This document shows positions 26,896 to 41,423 of a DNA stretch of 64,000 nucleotides, in pieces (the first letter of the stretch is position 1; the number at the start of each line of letters is the position of its first letter). This DNA comes from Chrysomallon squamiferum (Eukaryota; Animalia; Mollusca): the NCBI GenBank assembly GCA_012295275.1, contig CM022679.1:4836001-4900000 (forward strand), read 5' to 3'. The translations under genes were made by a program, and so were the position numbers. The notes beneath the pieces are model-generated. The model saw only the letters and a program-made list of their open reading frames with translations. It did no database searches and was not told the DNA's origin.

Positions 26896-29371
26896 AGAAG
26901 ACATTTTCTGTAAAGAGCTTTTCATTATTCACTAGAAAAAGGAGGGAAAAAAAATAATCTTAAACATCTAATTCCTGACATTTATTGACTGCTAATCTTC
27001 TAAAGAGAAATAATTCTGTGATCAAAATACCTGCCTGAAGTTTCGTTCATTTCTATACCAGCATCAATTCTCTTTGACACATTTACCAACATATATCCCA
27101 TTCTAACCAGCTCCCTATCAAAAATTTTGGTTGTCTTTCAACATCATTTAAAAGCCTAACATTAAACAACCCCATTTCGTTAACAAATCTGAACTATATA
27201 CAAGTTAACAGTAATAACATCGATCAGGTTTTCAAATTTCATGTTAGGTGAAGAAATGTTTCTAAAAGGTGAATATAAAACATTTCTTTATGCTAAGTTA
27301 TGTAAAATACCAATAAATTATTTATAAATAACACTTAATAATGTTTGACATTTACAAATACTGTAAATAAAAATATTGTGTTATTTATGTGTTCTAGGAC
27401 TTAAAAACATTAAACAATAAAACAGTGTTTATTTTATTTCACACCATATAAATCTGTGTGGTAAATAGTTTATGTCTAACAACTGTTAACATTAAATAAA
27501 AATAAAAATAAAAATGTGTTTTGGGTGTTATTTAATCTTTTGTCATGTACTTGACACCTGATAACCATTAATATTAAAATATGGTATCAAATGATTACTG
27601 ATTTCCAACAGAGATCAGTCCCCAAAAAAGAAACAACAGGCAATAAAGAATATTAAAACTAACGTAACCAAAAAAATAATTAATAAATAAATAAACAATA
27701 AAATAAAATGAAATGAAATGAAATAAATAAATAAATAAAAAAATAAATAAATAATTAAATATTTAATAATGATAATAATAATAATAATAATAAAATAAAT
27801 AAGTAAATAAAAAAATAAATAAAAAATAATAATTAACACAAAAAAATAATAAAAAGCTCAGTAATAATAATTTCCAAAAATAACATTTCGCTTAGCTACT
27901 CATAAAATAAAAATTAATTGTAGAAACACCAATAACTGAAAAAAAAAAAAAAAAAAATAAAAAAAAAATAATAATATGAAAAAAATGCACAAAGATAAAA
28001 ACAACTTTTATCAAAATGACATTTCTTAATACAAATCACAGAGGCAACAACTTTCACTGTTGATTTGATTTCTGACAGAGGTGGGTGAGTTGGGTGTGTA
28101 CAGAATCACCATAGAAAACAAAGAACGCACCAAGATGACAAATCAATATCTGAAATGACCGAAGCAGTGGCCAGAAGGTGACAAGCAGCATCTGACCACC
28201 ACTACTTTAAGGATCTCCATGTGACGTGGTGTTAGCAAGGACATCAAACTGAAGCTTCATTAGACTTAATGGGCAGAAGGCTTTTGTATCAATCAAGTTA
28301 AGTCAGATCAGTGTCAGGTCAAAGGTTCAAGGAAGTCCAAGTTTTCCACAAGTGTGTGCGTGCGTGCGTGTGTGGGCGACTTAGAGATGATAAATTATTT
28401 ATAGCTTTTTGTCTTTGCAGAAACAAATCATTATCTCTCCCAGAAATAACAGTATCAATAATAATAGTAATACGAATCTTTGCTGGTTGGTCAAACGTCT
28501 TTACTATATAAAAACAGGATGCTTACAGGATTCTGTATCAGCTTGTGATGTATTGTACCACAGATGTTGTCTAACAGAATATTTTATTAACATTCACAGG
28601 ATTCTTTAACTTAACTTAAGAGAAATCTTTTCTATGATTTTATAGTTAGAAGATCTCTTACCGTGAAAAATCTCACATGATCATTTACCGTAACCACAAG
28701 ATTATTTATCTTAATTAACCTTGTTTTATCTGATAAAATCATTCATCTAACTCACACAATCATTTATCCTGATTCACAAAATCATTTACTCTCACATGAT
28801 CATTCATTTACTCAAACTGTTTACCCTAACTCAATCAATCATTTACCTAATTCACAAAAAAATATATAACCCTCTTCACAAGATCATTTATCCTAACTCA
28901 AATTAATGTTTACCCTTTAAAACTCTTTTTTTTAATATGTACCATCCTTTACAACAGTTTGTGGGTTTTTAAATTCATGGAAACCTTCAAAGTGTTTCAT
29001 TCAATACCTGGGCCACTGCACACCTGTAAAAATACTTCTGTTTCTCAAACAAATTTGTTTAACTATATTTACTTGTTTCCATCAACAACCATTAATTAAG
29101 TGTCAAACGGGACAAATTAAAAAGCATAAACTGTTTGCACAACATGACCAAATGAAAGGTTAGCTATGGCAAATAGTTTTGCTGGTTTTGACTATCTCAG
29201 TGGTGATCAATATATGCAGGTCTTTGTCACGAATCATGTACCAGGAATGAAATTACAAAACATATGTGCATTTTGCATGTGAACTCAGCAGATAAATGTC
29301 AACAGTTAGTGAATATAAAACTCTCAAGGACAGGAGGGTCAAGTACAGTATACATGAACTGAGTTAAACAA

Positions 29372-29402
<31 letters not shown>

Positions 29403-31977
29403 GTAATAAAATAAAATAAAATAAGTAAAAAAGCAAAAATATAAATAAATTTCCAAAATTATTTGGTTTTAGTCAAAAGAAATCTAGCCTATTTTTCCTC
29501 TGAATATGATTTGTTATTACAAATTTGTTAATAGGTAAATCTAATTGTGTTGTAATCTATAAATAAGCTTTTTTTTTTTAAAGTGCATTAATATCAAATA
29601 TTAACTTACAAAAAGTTGAAATAATTCTGGCTGTTTCGTGATGTCTGTCTATCTAATATTAACCTCAAATAGCAAATGTCAGAAAATCAAATCACTTTAG
29701 TTGTGTCATAATGCTAAAATTTTTATATGTCTCTTATTATCAGATATTAATTTCCAATGTCAGAAGATGAAATAACTTTGTGTTATTATAGTTTTTTATG
29801 TCTTTCTTATTATCAAATATTAACTTCTAATAGCAAATGTCAGAAAATCAAATAATTCTTGTTCAGTGACTATTCTGTTATTATCATTAGATATGAATTT
29901 GTCACTCAAGGTTGAAGAACTGGGATCAGTCTTGTATAAATGGCTCTCTCACATGTTTAGTGGCAGTATAACAAAGAAAGATCACATTTATTATTAATGA
30001 ATTAGCTGCATTTCCTTCGTAAACAGAATACTTTAAAACTTCTTTTTTTGGTTTTGTTTTAGCCAAATGACAAAAGTTTAACACCTTATATGAAAAACAA
30101 ATCATTATAATTTAATGAAGTAACAGTTTTAAAAAAAAAAATTAATTTAAATAATAAAATATGTGTGTATATGTGTGTGTGTGTATATGTGTATGTGTAT
30201 GTGTATATATAAATATAAATATATATATAAAAGGCATTATTTATTATTTACATAACAAATAATTTAAGTAATAAAATAATTTTTAAAAAGCATTCAAAAA
30301 TATTAATAAATATGTCTGGAGGATTTCCTTTCATAGTTTATGTTTTTAAATTTTAATATAAAATTATATGAACAATAAATAAACAAATAAATAAATTTTA
30401 AAGCAAAGTAATATAAAAGGCATTAAAAACAAGATATATTTATTGCTTTCGTTAAAAAATCTGAATACAGTTATATGAACAATAAATGAACAAATAAATA
30501 AATTTAAAAAAAAAAAAAAGTAATATAAAAGGTATTAAAAACAAGATATGTTTACTGCTTTCATTACAAAATTTCATTAAAACTTGGAAGATTAAATTTT
30601 CAAACATATAATGAAAAGTCCTTGACAAAAATCACTGCCCAAACCCTAAACTTGAAGATGTGATTTATGTTTGAAATTAATATACTGTAAAGCAACAATC
30701 ACAGGATTAAAGAAAATCTGAGGTAACTTCACTGTGCTTTAGAGGCACTGAGGAACTTTACACCTGGGAACACAAAGGAATAATCCAGCGTGGATTTAAA
30801 ATCTTTTCTGATAAAATCACCTTTAACAGAAAGGATATGTGCAAAATGCTTTAAAATATTTTGAAAAATTGTTAAGAAATGTAAACAGGATATGTTGTTA
30901 TATATATATATAGAATTTATTCATTTATTTGTTTTTCTGCTTTTCAAAATAAATTTCAGCATTATGTGAACTTATTCAGGTGTGAATGTTTATGTGTAAA
31001 TGTTTGTATACACACACACACACATTCACACTTGTGTTTGTGTCTTTGTTTATGTATGTTTATGTTTGACCACACACACACAAAAACATTATGTATGCTT
31101 GTATTCATGCACACATGCATGTATGTTATCATAACTAGGGGTACATGTGAAAACATGCTAAAATATACATACATTTTGTATTTGAAAATACAATAGAACA
31201 AATTAGAATAATTTCTTTTTTTTTTTTTTTTGATTCTTCAATCATTATAACAGATCTTTGTCAATAGTCTGTAAGAGCAGTATAATAAATATCTTAGTAA
31301 TAAAAAATCTGTAAACAAACAAGTGTACATATTTTATATGTATGTAGTGTGAATGAAATTATGATCTGGCAGTTAAGATAACAAGATTTTGCATTTCAAA
31401 AGAAAATCTTCACAGCTGATTGGTAATCATTAAACATTTATCCAGAAATCCATCCATCCATTCATTTCATACATATCATACACTTTAATCAATTATCCTC
31501 TTTTCATTCTTTTTTTTTGTTTTCTACAAGTATCACTTCTGTATTTATTTCATAGTGAAGGCATTAACTGAATATTTAGTCTGTCTTGAAATGTCCACTG
31601 TTCAAGAATTAAATGAAATAAAATTATGTTATTATATTTAAAATATAAATAAAATAAAATAAAACAAATAAAATAAAACTAAAATAAATTAAAAAACACA
31701 ACATGAAATAAATTAAAAATATATATAAATTTATAACATGAAATATATATAAAGAAATAAAGCAAATTAAAACAAAATGAACAGGACAAGTAATAATAAA
31801 AATAACAAAAAATAACAAAATAATAACAAAACTGAATTTAAAAATAATAATAATAATAATAACCTTATTAAACAAAAATGAATCAGCCAAAAATTAAAAA
31901 TGAGAATAAAAAATAATAATAATTAAAAAAAAGACTTAAAATGAAACAAAACAGAAAAGTAATAAAATAGAAAAAAG

Positions 31978-32009
<32 letters not shown>

Positions 32010-32164
32010 CTGATATTAGAACAGAATTAAGTCTTTCTACCTTTTGTGTATTTTGGCACCGATGCAAGCAAAAGATGGGACTGATCTCCATCCTTTGGGA
32101 ATCACATAGCAATACTTCTCTATGTGTTTAAGTTTCTCCACTGTCACAAACTGCGACCTCCATC

Positions 32165-32645
32165 TAGGAGCTGTGCTTGTTGATGAAATCATATCAACAT
32201 TGAAGTCTTAACTTTTGATATAGGAAAAATCACAACACTGAAGTCTTAACTAACTTCTATAGTTTGAAATCATATCCACTGAAGTCTTAAACTACCTTGA
32301 TCTAGTTGAGCTGTGAAGTCTTAACTACCTTGTAGGAGCTGTGCTTGTTGATGAAATCATATCAACACTGAAGTCTTAACTACCTTGATATAGTTGATGA
32401 AATCATATCAACACTGAAGTTTTAACTACCTTGATATAGTTGATGAAATCATATCAACACTGAAGTCTTAACTACCTTGATATAGTTGATGAAATCATAT
32501 CAACACTGAAGTCTTAACTACCTTGATATAGTTGATAAAATCATATCAACACTGAAGTCTTAACTACCTTGATATAGTTGATGAAATCATACCAACACTG
32601 AAGTCTCAACTATCTTGGTATTGTTGATAATATCATACTGACAGT
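32165..32645. repeat. Minisatellite, 46-bp unit, ~10 copies (about 6 near-perfect)
   Basis: Unit GTTGATGAAATCATATCAACACTGAAGTCTTAACTACCTTGATATA at 32347, 32393, 32439, 32485, 32531, 32577, with degenerate flanking copies. Confidence 0.95.
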
Positions 32646-35600
32646 GACATTTTAACTTATTGTTGATGTTGTATTTCACAAATTTCCTCAGATTTGTTAA
32701 TGCTACATTTCATAGCAAAATGTCTTGAAATAATTAATGTGGCATTTCACAAACATATTTTTTCAGATTGTTAATATCATATAACATAGCAGAACATCTT
32801 CAAATGATTAATATGCCATGGCATTACACAATCAAAGTTAATTCTTTTGTTGTTATCAACGTGCAGTTTTGTAAGTGGATATAATGTCTTCAAATTGATA
32901 CTGGTAGAATTTCACAACAAATTTTAACTTGTTCAAACTGATAATGTGGTATTCTATAACCAAACAGAACTTTTTTGAAATTGTTAATTATTTATCATTA
33001 TTATTATTATTTTTTAATGACTAAATGTTTTCAAATCATTGCATGTAATGTAACAACTTATTCAAAGTGAATCACAAGACAGCACACTTGATTTCTTAAA
33101 AATGTAACTTTGGCATCAACTTTTTAAATTAAAAACTGAATTATTTTCAAATCGAATATCTTAATTCAAAAAATTCATTAGACTTTTCACAACCAAATGA
33201 AAACCATTAATCTGTTCCTTAGCAACCAAAGTTTACACAAAACTGTAGATTAGAAAAAACCTAAATAAAACAGTGTCAGTTTATACATTACTGTTTGTTG
33301 AAATGTTTCTATATTTTTATATAAAGTAAGTACAAAACAAGACAAAGCAAGATCTATTTGGTGAAAAGGCACAAACTGTAGTGTGGATACAAAGATATTC
33401 CTGTATCCATGACAACATATTCAGTTTTAAAAATTAACATAAACTGCCATCCAATTCAAATTTTAATGCCCATTTTGATTATGTCCATTAAGTATTACCA
33501 CATCTTTATAATTATATTGGACTTTTGCAGTTGTTTTTGTTTCTGGCATTCTGTTGTCTTTTTTCTAACTATCCACATGAAACTTAGTGTGCCTAAAACT
33601 GAAAATATCAGGTGATATAAACAGAAAATGTCTTGGTTTCAAAACTGAAAATTTCAATTGCTGAAATATCTAGTATAAGAAATGAAAATGTCACCATAGA
33701 AACAAGAGAATACCAGTTGATAATCCTTTAAGTCACAAACTTGAAAATTTCAATTCCCATAAAAACGATTCAAACTGAAGACATCCAACAAGGAAAACCG
33801 AAACACTCCACGAAATATTTAGTTCCACATCTTCTCGCCGTCTAGAAAAATCAAACAAGTTAATGGAAAGAAACTCTCCTTGAGATATACAAATATCCCT
33901 TTTGTGAACGCTTTGCCACCAACGGTCAGTTGCTAACAATAGTGGACACTCGTATCATTACAAGGCTCGGGTATGTAAACACAGGTCAGCCTGTGTTGAT
34001 ATATGACCACATTTTGATACGCTGGTAAACAAAACAAAGAAAAAAAAAACCTGAGACACAGAGGCCAAGCTTTCTCACAAACCATATAACGAGGCATGCG
34101 ATAATATATCTATGGCACAGAGCCACTGAATTTTTTTTTTTTTTTTAAAAACCATTGAGATAAGACATTTTCTTTTCTTTTCTTTTTTTTACGTAGTCGT
34201 GACCTATGTTGTGTCGAATCCAATGAAATCGTCATTTGGCAGAGAAAGCCACGACTGTTCCAATGTTATCAGCAGCATGTCGGTGTTGGACGTCGCAGAT
34301 AAGAATGGGAAATTGACATGCTATTGGAAACTAAGCGGGTATGGCAGATTTTTGTTTTTCAAGACGTGAACGAGGGCAGAGATAATTTCAAATGCAAACA
34401 ACATCACTGCCTGGTGACTGATTACACCTGCGGTAGAGAGGGGAGGCGAAAAGCGAAGGTGGAACAAAAGACGTCCATTCACCGGGCTGACAATAAGAAA
34501 TCACTGACTGCAGAGGTATAATGGGATTCAGTTGTGGAACCTGTCTTGACTCGTTTGGCAGTGATAACAGATATTTCTACTTTCCACATTTCACAATGGG
34601 ATTTGCTTTTACATAGTTGTTTGTCACTGGAGTGACAGTGAGAAAGCCAAAAAAAAAAAAAAAAAATTAAAACTAAACAATGGTAACATGGGATAAGGAT
34701 ATGATAAGAAGAAAACAAAATAAAGAAGAAAAGAAAAATAGGCAATAAAGAATGTGCTGTGTGTTAAAAAGATTATTTTAAAATAATATAATATAATATA
34801 ATAAAATAATAAATAAATAAAGATTATAAGAATGTAAAGGAATTTTTTTTTCTTTAAATAAAAAATGAAGACTGTCAGAAATAAAAAAAAAATCTGAACT
34901 GCATAAAATATTTTTGTAATTTTTCTTTTATTTAAAAAAATAAATAAGAATTAAAAAAATTAAAAAATAATAATAATAAATAAATAAATAAACAAATAAA
35001 AATATAAATAAGAAAAACAAGAAAAAGTAGCAGTTTAATCAGTAATGTGCTACCAAACATTATAGAAGTAATCAGACTGATTTCATGTAGTTTTAAAATA
35101 TTAATGGAAAGAAAAAGTAGTAAAAGTAAAAGTTTAAACATAGTAAGTTTAAAAAATAAACAGAAAAAAAAAGAAAATAAAAGCAGAAAAGAAAAATAGG
35201 AAAATGGAAATCAAGAGTTGTTGAACAAAAGTGAATGAAAATTAAAAAAATTAAAAAAAAATTAACAAGAAAAAAAAAGAAATGAATAAATTGGTGCAAA
35301 AAAACCCAAAATGAAATAATAAGAAATAATTTTTAAAATGGTGGATAAAATAGAGAAAGAGTGGAAAAAGAAATGAAAACATTTAAAAAAAAAATCCTCC
35401 TATAGTAATAATTATTTACTTTTAAATGTGTATAATCACAGTAAATAATCGGTGTTGATCTGAAATTGAGCATAACCAGACTAACAAAGCAAATAAGATA
35501 ATGACTTCCCATGAAATCGAACTGCTTGATAAAATCAACAAAACACAAACTGGAATGCACCAGTTTACAGAACACATTTATCTTAATTTTAACATACATA

Positions 35601-38092
35601 CATCACTAAATATTTTTGGCACCAGCACAACTTACCCACATTTTCTTTAAACAAATAGTTGCTTTTTTTTTTTTTTTTTTTTTTTTATAAACACTAAATA
35701 TGAAAACAAATTTCTAGCTGACATTTCAAAAAAGAAAACAAATTATTCAAAAAGAAAAATAATAATAATAAAAATATACATACATACATAAATACATACA
35801 TAAATACATATATACACATATATATCTATATATATGTACACATATAAACATACAAACACAAAATCACCTAAATTTAAAATCACATTTTCCAAATAAAAAA
35901 AATAATAAATAAAAAAATAAAAAATTAACTGAACACAATAAATATAGATTTTATTTGTTCCAGATGTGTCACATGATTTATTTTCAAATATTTTCTTTCT
36001 TTTTTTTCCCTTTTAACATCAAGATCAGAACGGAAGAAAAAATTTTTTTTTGTATAATATCAAAAACTAGATCAGACATGCCACATGTATATTTTTTCCA
36101 TTATCAGCAATACATTTTTAAAAATAACATCCTTCCCATAGACAGAAAAAAATGTACAGTGTTGTTTCATATCTTAACATGTTGCATGATAGAATGGGGA
36201 AAAAAGCTACAAATATAAGATATCAATTAAATAGCCTAAATATTTATTTCTGTAAATGTCTTTATTTAATTTAAAGGAATAAAATTAAGAACTGAAGACT
36301 AAAATATTTTATTTTATTTTCTTTCGTTTTAATTTATTGTTTTTTTTTTAATTATTATTATAGTTTTCAGAATTAACAATAAAGACATTTTTAAAATGTG
36401 TTTTGGAAAGACAAAGTATAAAAAGGAAATAAGGAAAATAAAAAGTAAAATGTAAAGAAGAAAAAAGAAAGAAAAATGAAAAAGAAGAAAAAAAGAAAGA
36501 AAAAATAGGAAATAGAAAAAAAAGTAAAAAGAAATTAAAATCCCATAATGAAAAATTAAAAAAAAAAAAAAAAAAAGAAAAAGAACAATTTTTCCAAAAA
36601 TAATAAAATAAAATAAATAACATGTGAGAGTGGAAGCAAAAAAAAAAAGTGAAGAACAAAACACATTCATCTTAATTTAACTGATGTGGTAATCTTTTAA
36701 GTTTTGTTTCCATTACTTTCTGTGTTTGACTAAACTGATCTCATTATTGATATATAATCTATTATCTGTTATAATGAAGAGAGGAAAAAAAAATAGAAAA
36801 AAATTAAAAGATATGAAACCAGAAATTAAAAAAAAAAAAATAAAAAAAAAAAGTTCAGGAATAAGGAAATTCAGAAAAGAAATTTTTTTATAAATAAAAA
36901 AAAAAAAAAAAAAAAAAAGGATAAAAAAAATTGGGGAAAAAAAAACAATGTTAAAGAATATGAAAAAATATCAATAATCTCTTTCCATGAAGGTACTAAA
37001 ATTAAAGCCAGTGGCAGGTAAAACATCAAACAAATTGCTTCAGGCAAAACTTCTCATCAATTATTACACAAACACACACACTGGCATCAACAGTGGGCTT
37101 GTTTCAGCTTGGCAACACAGGTAAATATGATGTTGAACTGGTCAATATAGTTTTCACAAAGGAACAGCAATGTTCAGACACACACACACACACACACACA
37201 GACATTCACACACACACACACATGAATACAGATGTAGATACACAAACACACACATCCAAACAAACACACACTCACACACATACACACTCACGCACTCAGA
37301 CATATACACACCTTTCAGTCACCCTTGCCTTTGATAAATCAGATGTTTGAAAGAAATACTGCTACTTTTTGATAATTAACTGTACTCAAAAAAATAAAAA
37401 TAAAAATAAAGAGAGGCCACTGAACAGATAAAATATCTTATTACTTCTTATCAGCTGGATAATTATACACCAGACTGAAAAGATCACAAATAACACTAAA
37501 ATTATAGTTATGTGAAAACGAGATTAGTAAATATGACTGACTTATTAATAATACAAATGAAGAAATTTGATACATGTCTCAACAGAGTAATTTAAATTAT
37601 TTATTAATAAGTCAGTGATCTTACTGAATATTACTTATTACACCATTTCTGCTTTTTGTTATTACAATAATGTAAAAACTCATTTATATAGTAATTGCAA
37701 TGTTAAGAAAAGGTAATAAAACAATTCAGTGCTGTATTTGTTTATGGATTTTAATGAATATTTTGTTTTAAATGACCCCTATCATATATGTTATTAATGG
37801 TTATTACATGTCACTAGACTGAATTGTGTAATTTTCTAATAACAGCATGGAAGAAAATCTATTTTTGTTAACAAGTATTCTTTATTAATCCGTAGCAAGA
37901 CCGTAATTTTATATTTGATTAAATTGTTGGGTGTTTTTTTTTTTTAGTTCATAACAATGAAAACAATATAGATAGACCTATGTAATATTCAAATTATAAA
38001 TACACTTATTACTGAAACACATTCTAAATTTGTATACAGAATTTTGAAGCATAAGTTATCTTTCAACCTCAAAAAAAAAAAAATAAAAATAA

Positions 38093-38131
<39 letters not shown>

Positions 38132-39778
38132 AATAAATAAACAAATAAATAAAATAAAATAAATTATTATAAATAGATAAATAAATTAATTAATTAATTA
38201 AAAAAAAAATGGAAAAAAAAAAAAAAAAAAATTTCTTCATAAAATTAAACAAACATTTCCTTTGGACAGGTAGATGAAATAGGTGTATTTACCTATTTTG
38301 ATTCTGTACCTATATAATTATGTGTCATCTACATTCACCTTTCTACTAATGAATATAGCAGCAGTGTTTGGACATGGAAATGATAACATGAAGCTTTAAC
38401 AAGAACTGATCCTGTCACTTACAGTTTTAACAAAAAGCAAAAAAAAAAAATTTTAAACCAGAAAAAATTATTTTATATAAAAAAAAAATTATTATTCTTT
38501 CTTTTAAAAAAAATAAAAAAATAAAATAAAAAGAAATAATTGTTATAAAACAAAGAAACTTTGCTTTGGTTAATCTCTAAATATCTGCAGTGAAAGAATA
38601 CTGATTCAATTTTCAAACTGACAAGAGTTTACATTTTAGCTTCCATAAATATGATTTAAAGGGATAAATAAATTAAGATTGACATCATATATATTTTATA
38701 AAAAAAAAAAAAAAAAAATGATTTCATTCTAAATTGGCAAAGAGTCCATTATATATTCAAAATTTCAAAACAGAAACAATTTGCAATACAAAAATATAAA
38801 AAGAGTCCATTATATAAAGAGAAAAAAAAAAAATATATATCTACAGTTATTATCAGAAAAAATAAAATAAAATAAAAATAAAAATATTGGTCACCAGTAA
38901 CAAATAAAACAGTCACTTAGAAGTTTTCAAAAAATATTTAGGGAATTTATCCATCTTTCACAATGGAAACTCTTGAATAGTTTGCTAAAGCCCTTCTGAC
39001 ATTAGTGAAATTTATTATGTAAAGAATAGTTTTACAAAGGAAAATATTTCTAAAGTTGTATTCACATGGTGAAAGTTCTGTTGTGAAATTTCTTATCAGA
39101 TTCTGTGTCAAGGACTCTTTAATTGACAAAACAATATGGCTGCTTTGTTTTCTAGTTCACTATTGTCTAGTTTCATAAATCTCTATTACATTTAGCCTTG
39201 ACACCAAAACAAATAAATCTTACTTGGTAGGAAACAAAATAAAATAAATTAAATTAATTAAAATGTAATGGTAATAATAAAAATATTAAAAAAAAAAAAA
39301 AAACAATTGTAACATGTTTCATCAAGATAATATTTATTTCAATAAATAATAAAAAAAATTAAATTAAAAAATTAAAATAAAACAATTAAGATTAAAATAT
39401 AATCATAATGAACTAATAATACAATCCCTCTCCCCTCTTTTAGATAAACAGCTTATAAAGACTGAAGAAAAAAGTAAAATAATTTTTAATCACAAAGTTA
39501 AATTCTCTTCCTTTATTTTTAAACAGTATTTACCAGTGAGAAAGAGAGAAAACATCACTGCCAAGTCTTGTTACAACAAACACTTGACAATACATTAAGA
39601 GATTCATACAAATAAACAACAGGTATCTGACAATCCTGTTTTTTTAAGGAGTATTTAATTAGATTAAATAACAACCCACTTCAGTCACTCTAAGATTATA
39701 GGAATTTTAAATGAATATCTTTTATGTACATATACTCATTTGAACTACACATAATGCTGTGAGTGAATGGATGATATG

Positions 39779-39782
<4 letters not shown>

Positions 39783-39864
<82 letters not shown>
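39783..39864. repeat. (GA)n microsatellite
   Basis: Direct reading. Confidence 0.95.
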
Positions 39865-39867
<3 letters not shown>

Positions 39868-41355
39868 ATATTAATAATAATCATAACAATAATAATAGCA
39901 ACAGTAACAACAACACTATAAAAATAATATATTTTTTTTTAAACATGTTTTAGTATTACACATCTGCACAGCTATTGAAGGTTACTGAAACCAATTTACA
40001 AAACTAAATCTAATCCAAAGTTTCTTCTGTTAGGGTGTGTTTAGTCACAATGAATAACAAACCACTTTAATCAGCCATGTTATGATATCAGATGATGACC
40101 ACATTTTTGACTGAGTGTATTGTATGGAATTCACTCACTTACAACTACAAATAATAGTACTTAAGATTAGAAGAAAATGGGAGAGACTTAGAAAGAAAGA
40201 CAGTGAGAGGGGAAAAAGAAATAGTAAATGAAAGAATGAAAAAAAAAGAAATGATGTAGGACCCTTTTACATGACTATGACAACAGACAGAACACATTTA
40301 AGTAACTGTAACACAGAATACTTTTACACGACAATCTCTATACACAGGTCATATTTACTTGTCTATGACTATATATTTGTGCATGTGTGTGTGTGTGTCC
40401 CTTTTTACATGACTATTCACAGAATACTTTTACATCACTATGACAGTAAATAAGGCACTTTTAGGTAACTATGACTATAGACAAAACACTTTTATATGGC
40501 TAAACCACACATAGGCTGCTTTTACATGACTGGGACCATAAACAGGCCATTTTTACTTCACTATTATTATACACTGGATCATTTTATATGATATGACAAC
40601 AGATAGGTAATTTTTTGATGGTACAGGCAAACTTCTCACTAAAATGACCATAAAAAAATATTATGGGTAACTTTCTTTTTCTTCTTTTTGTTTCTACCAA
40701 AATGAAAATTTTGTTGTTTTTGTTTTAGATTATTCAGTTAATTTTTCCTTTAAAGTATCTTTTGTTTATTTAAACCTCCCCAAAAAACAACAGCAAAGAT
40801 AAACCTTCAAAAATACATCTTGAACATTGTAATTTTTAAAAGCAAACTAATAATTATTTATGAATTTTTTGCAAATGGTAATATTAGAAATCAAATTATA
40901 TTTTTAGTCATTCATATTTATCCATTCATTTTTTATATATTGTATATGAAATGTATATGAAATAAAAGATATGATGAGTTGTCATATGAGTATTTATTTA
41001 ATTCATTTTCTTATTCAGTAATCCTGTATATCTTACATTATAAACTTTTATAATATTTAATGACCAACATATTTTAAGAAAAAAAAAATAATAATAATAA
41101 AATAAAAACAATTTCACAAATTATAATTTATATGGTTCAGATGACTTGACATTTCACAAAACTGACTGAAAATAATTATGACCAAGACAAAAGCAACACC
41201 AATACTGAAACATGAGCAACAACAGTTCAGGATTTTTGTATTTTTCTTGGCACAGTCTCTAATATATTGCAATGTGTCAGTGCCAAGCATTTTTTTTCAT
41301 CACAAAAATAATAAACACAATTTAGTATAAGAATTCAGAAAACTAAAATCCTTAC

Positions 41356-41423
41356 CCTCTGATAACCAAAACATCTTCAAGACTAGCATCGTGAAGAAAC
41401 GGACCCGAGGATGATATTGTCAT
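41356..41423 (-). CDS. Candidate alternative first exon 1c: MTISSSGPFLHDASLEDVLVIR(G)
   Basis: Donor AGAGG|GTAAGG in phase 2 at the end of a GC/CpG-rich block (41356-41640); ATG at 41423 is the only in-frame ATG after the TGA at 41624-41622. Confidence 0.55.

Noticed and set aside
26233-32645. Regular repeat arrays resembling CRISPR
   Set aside because: Units are contiguous with no unique spacers, there are no cas genes, and the context is a eukaryotic intron.
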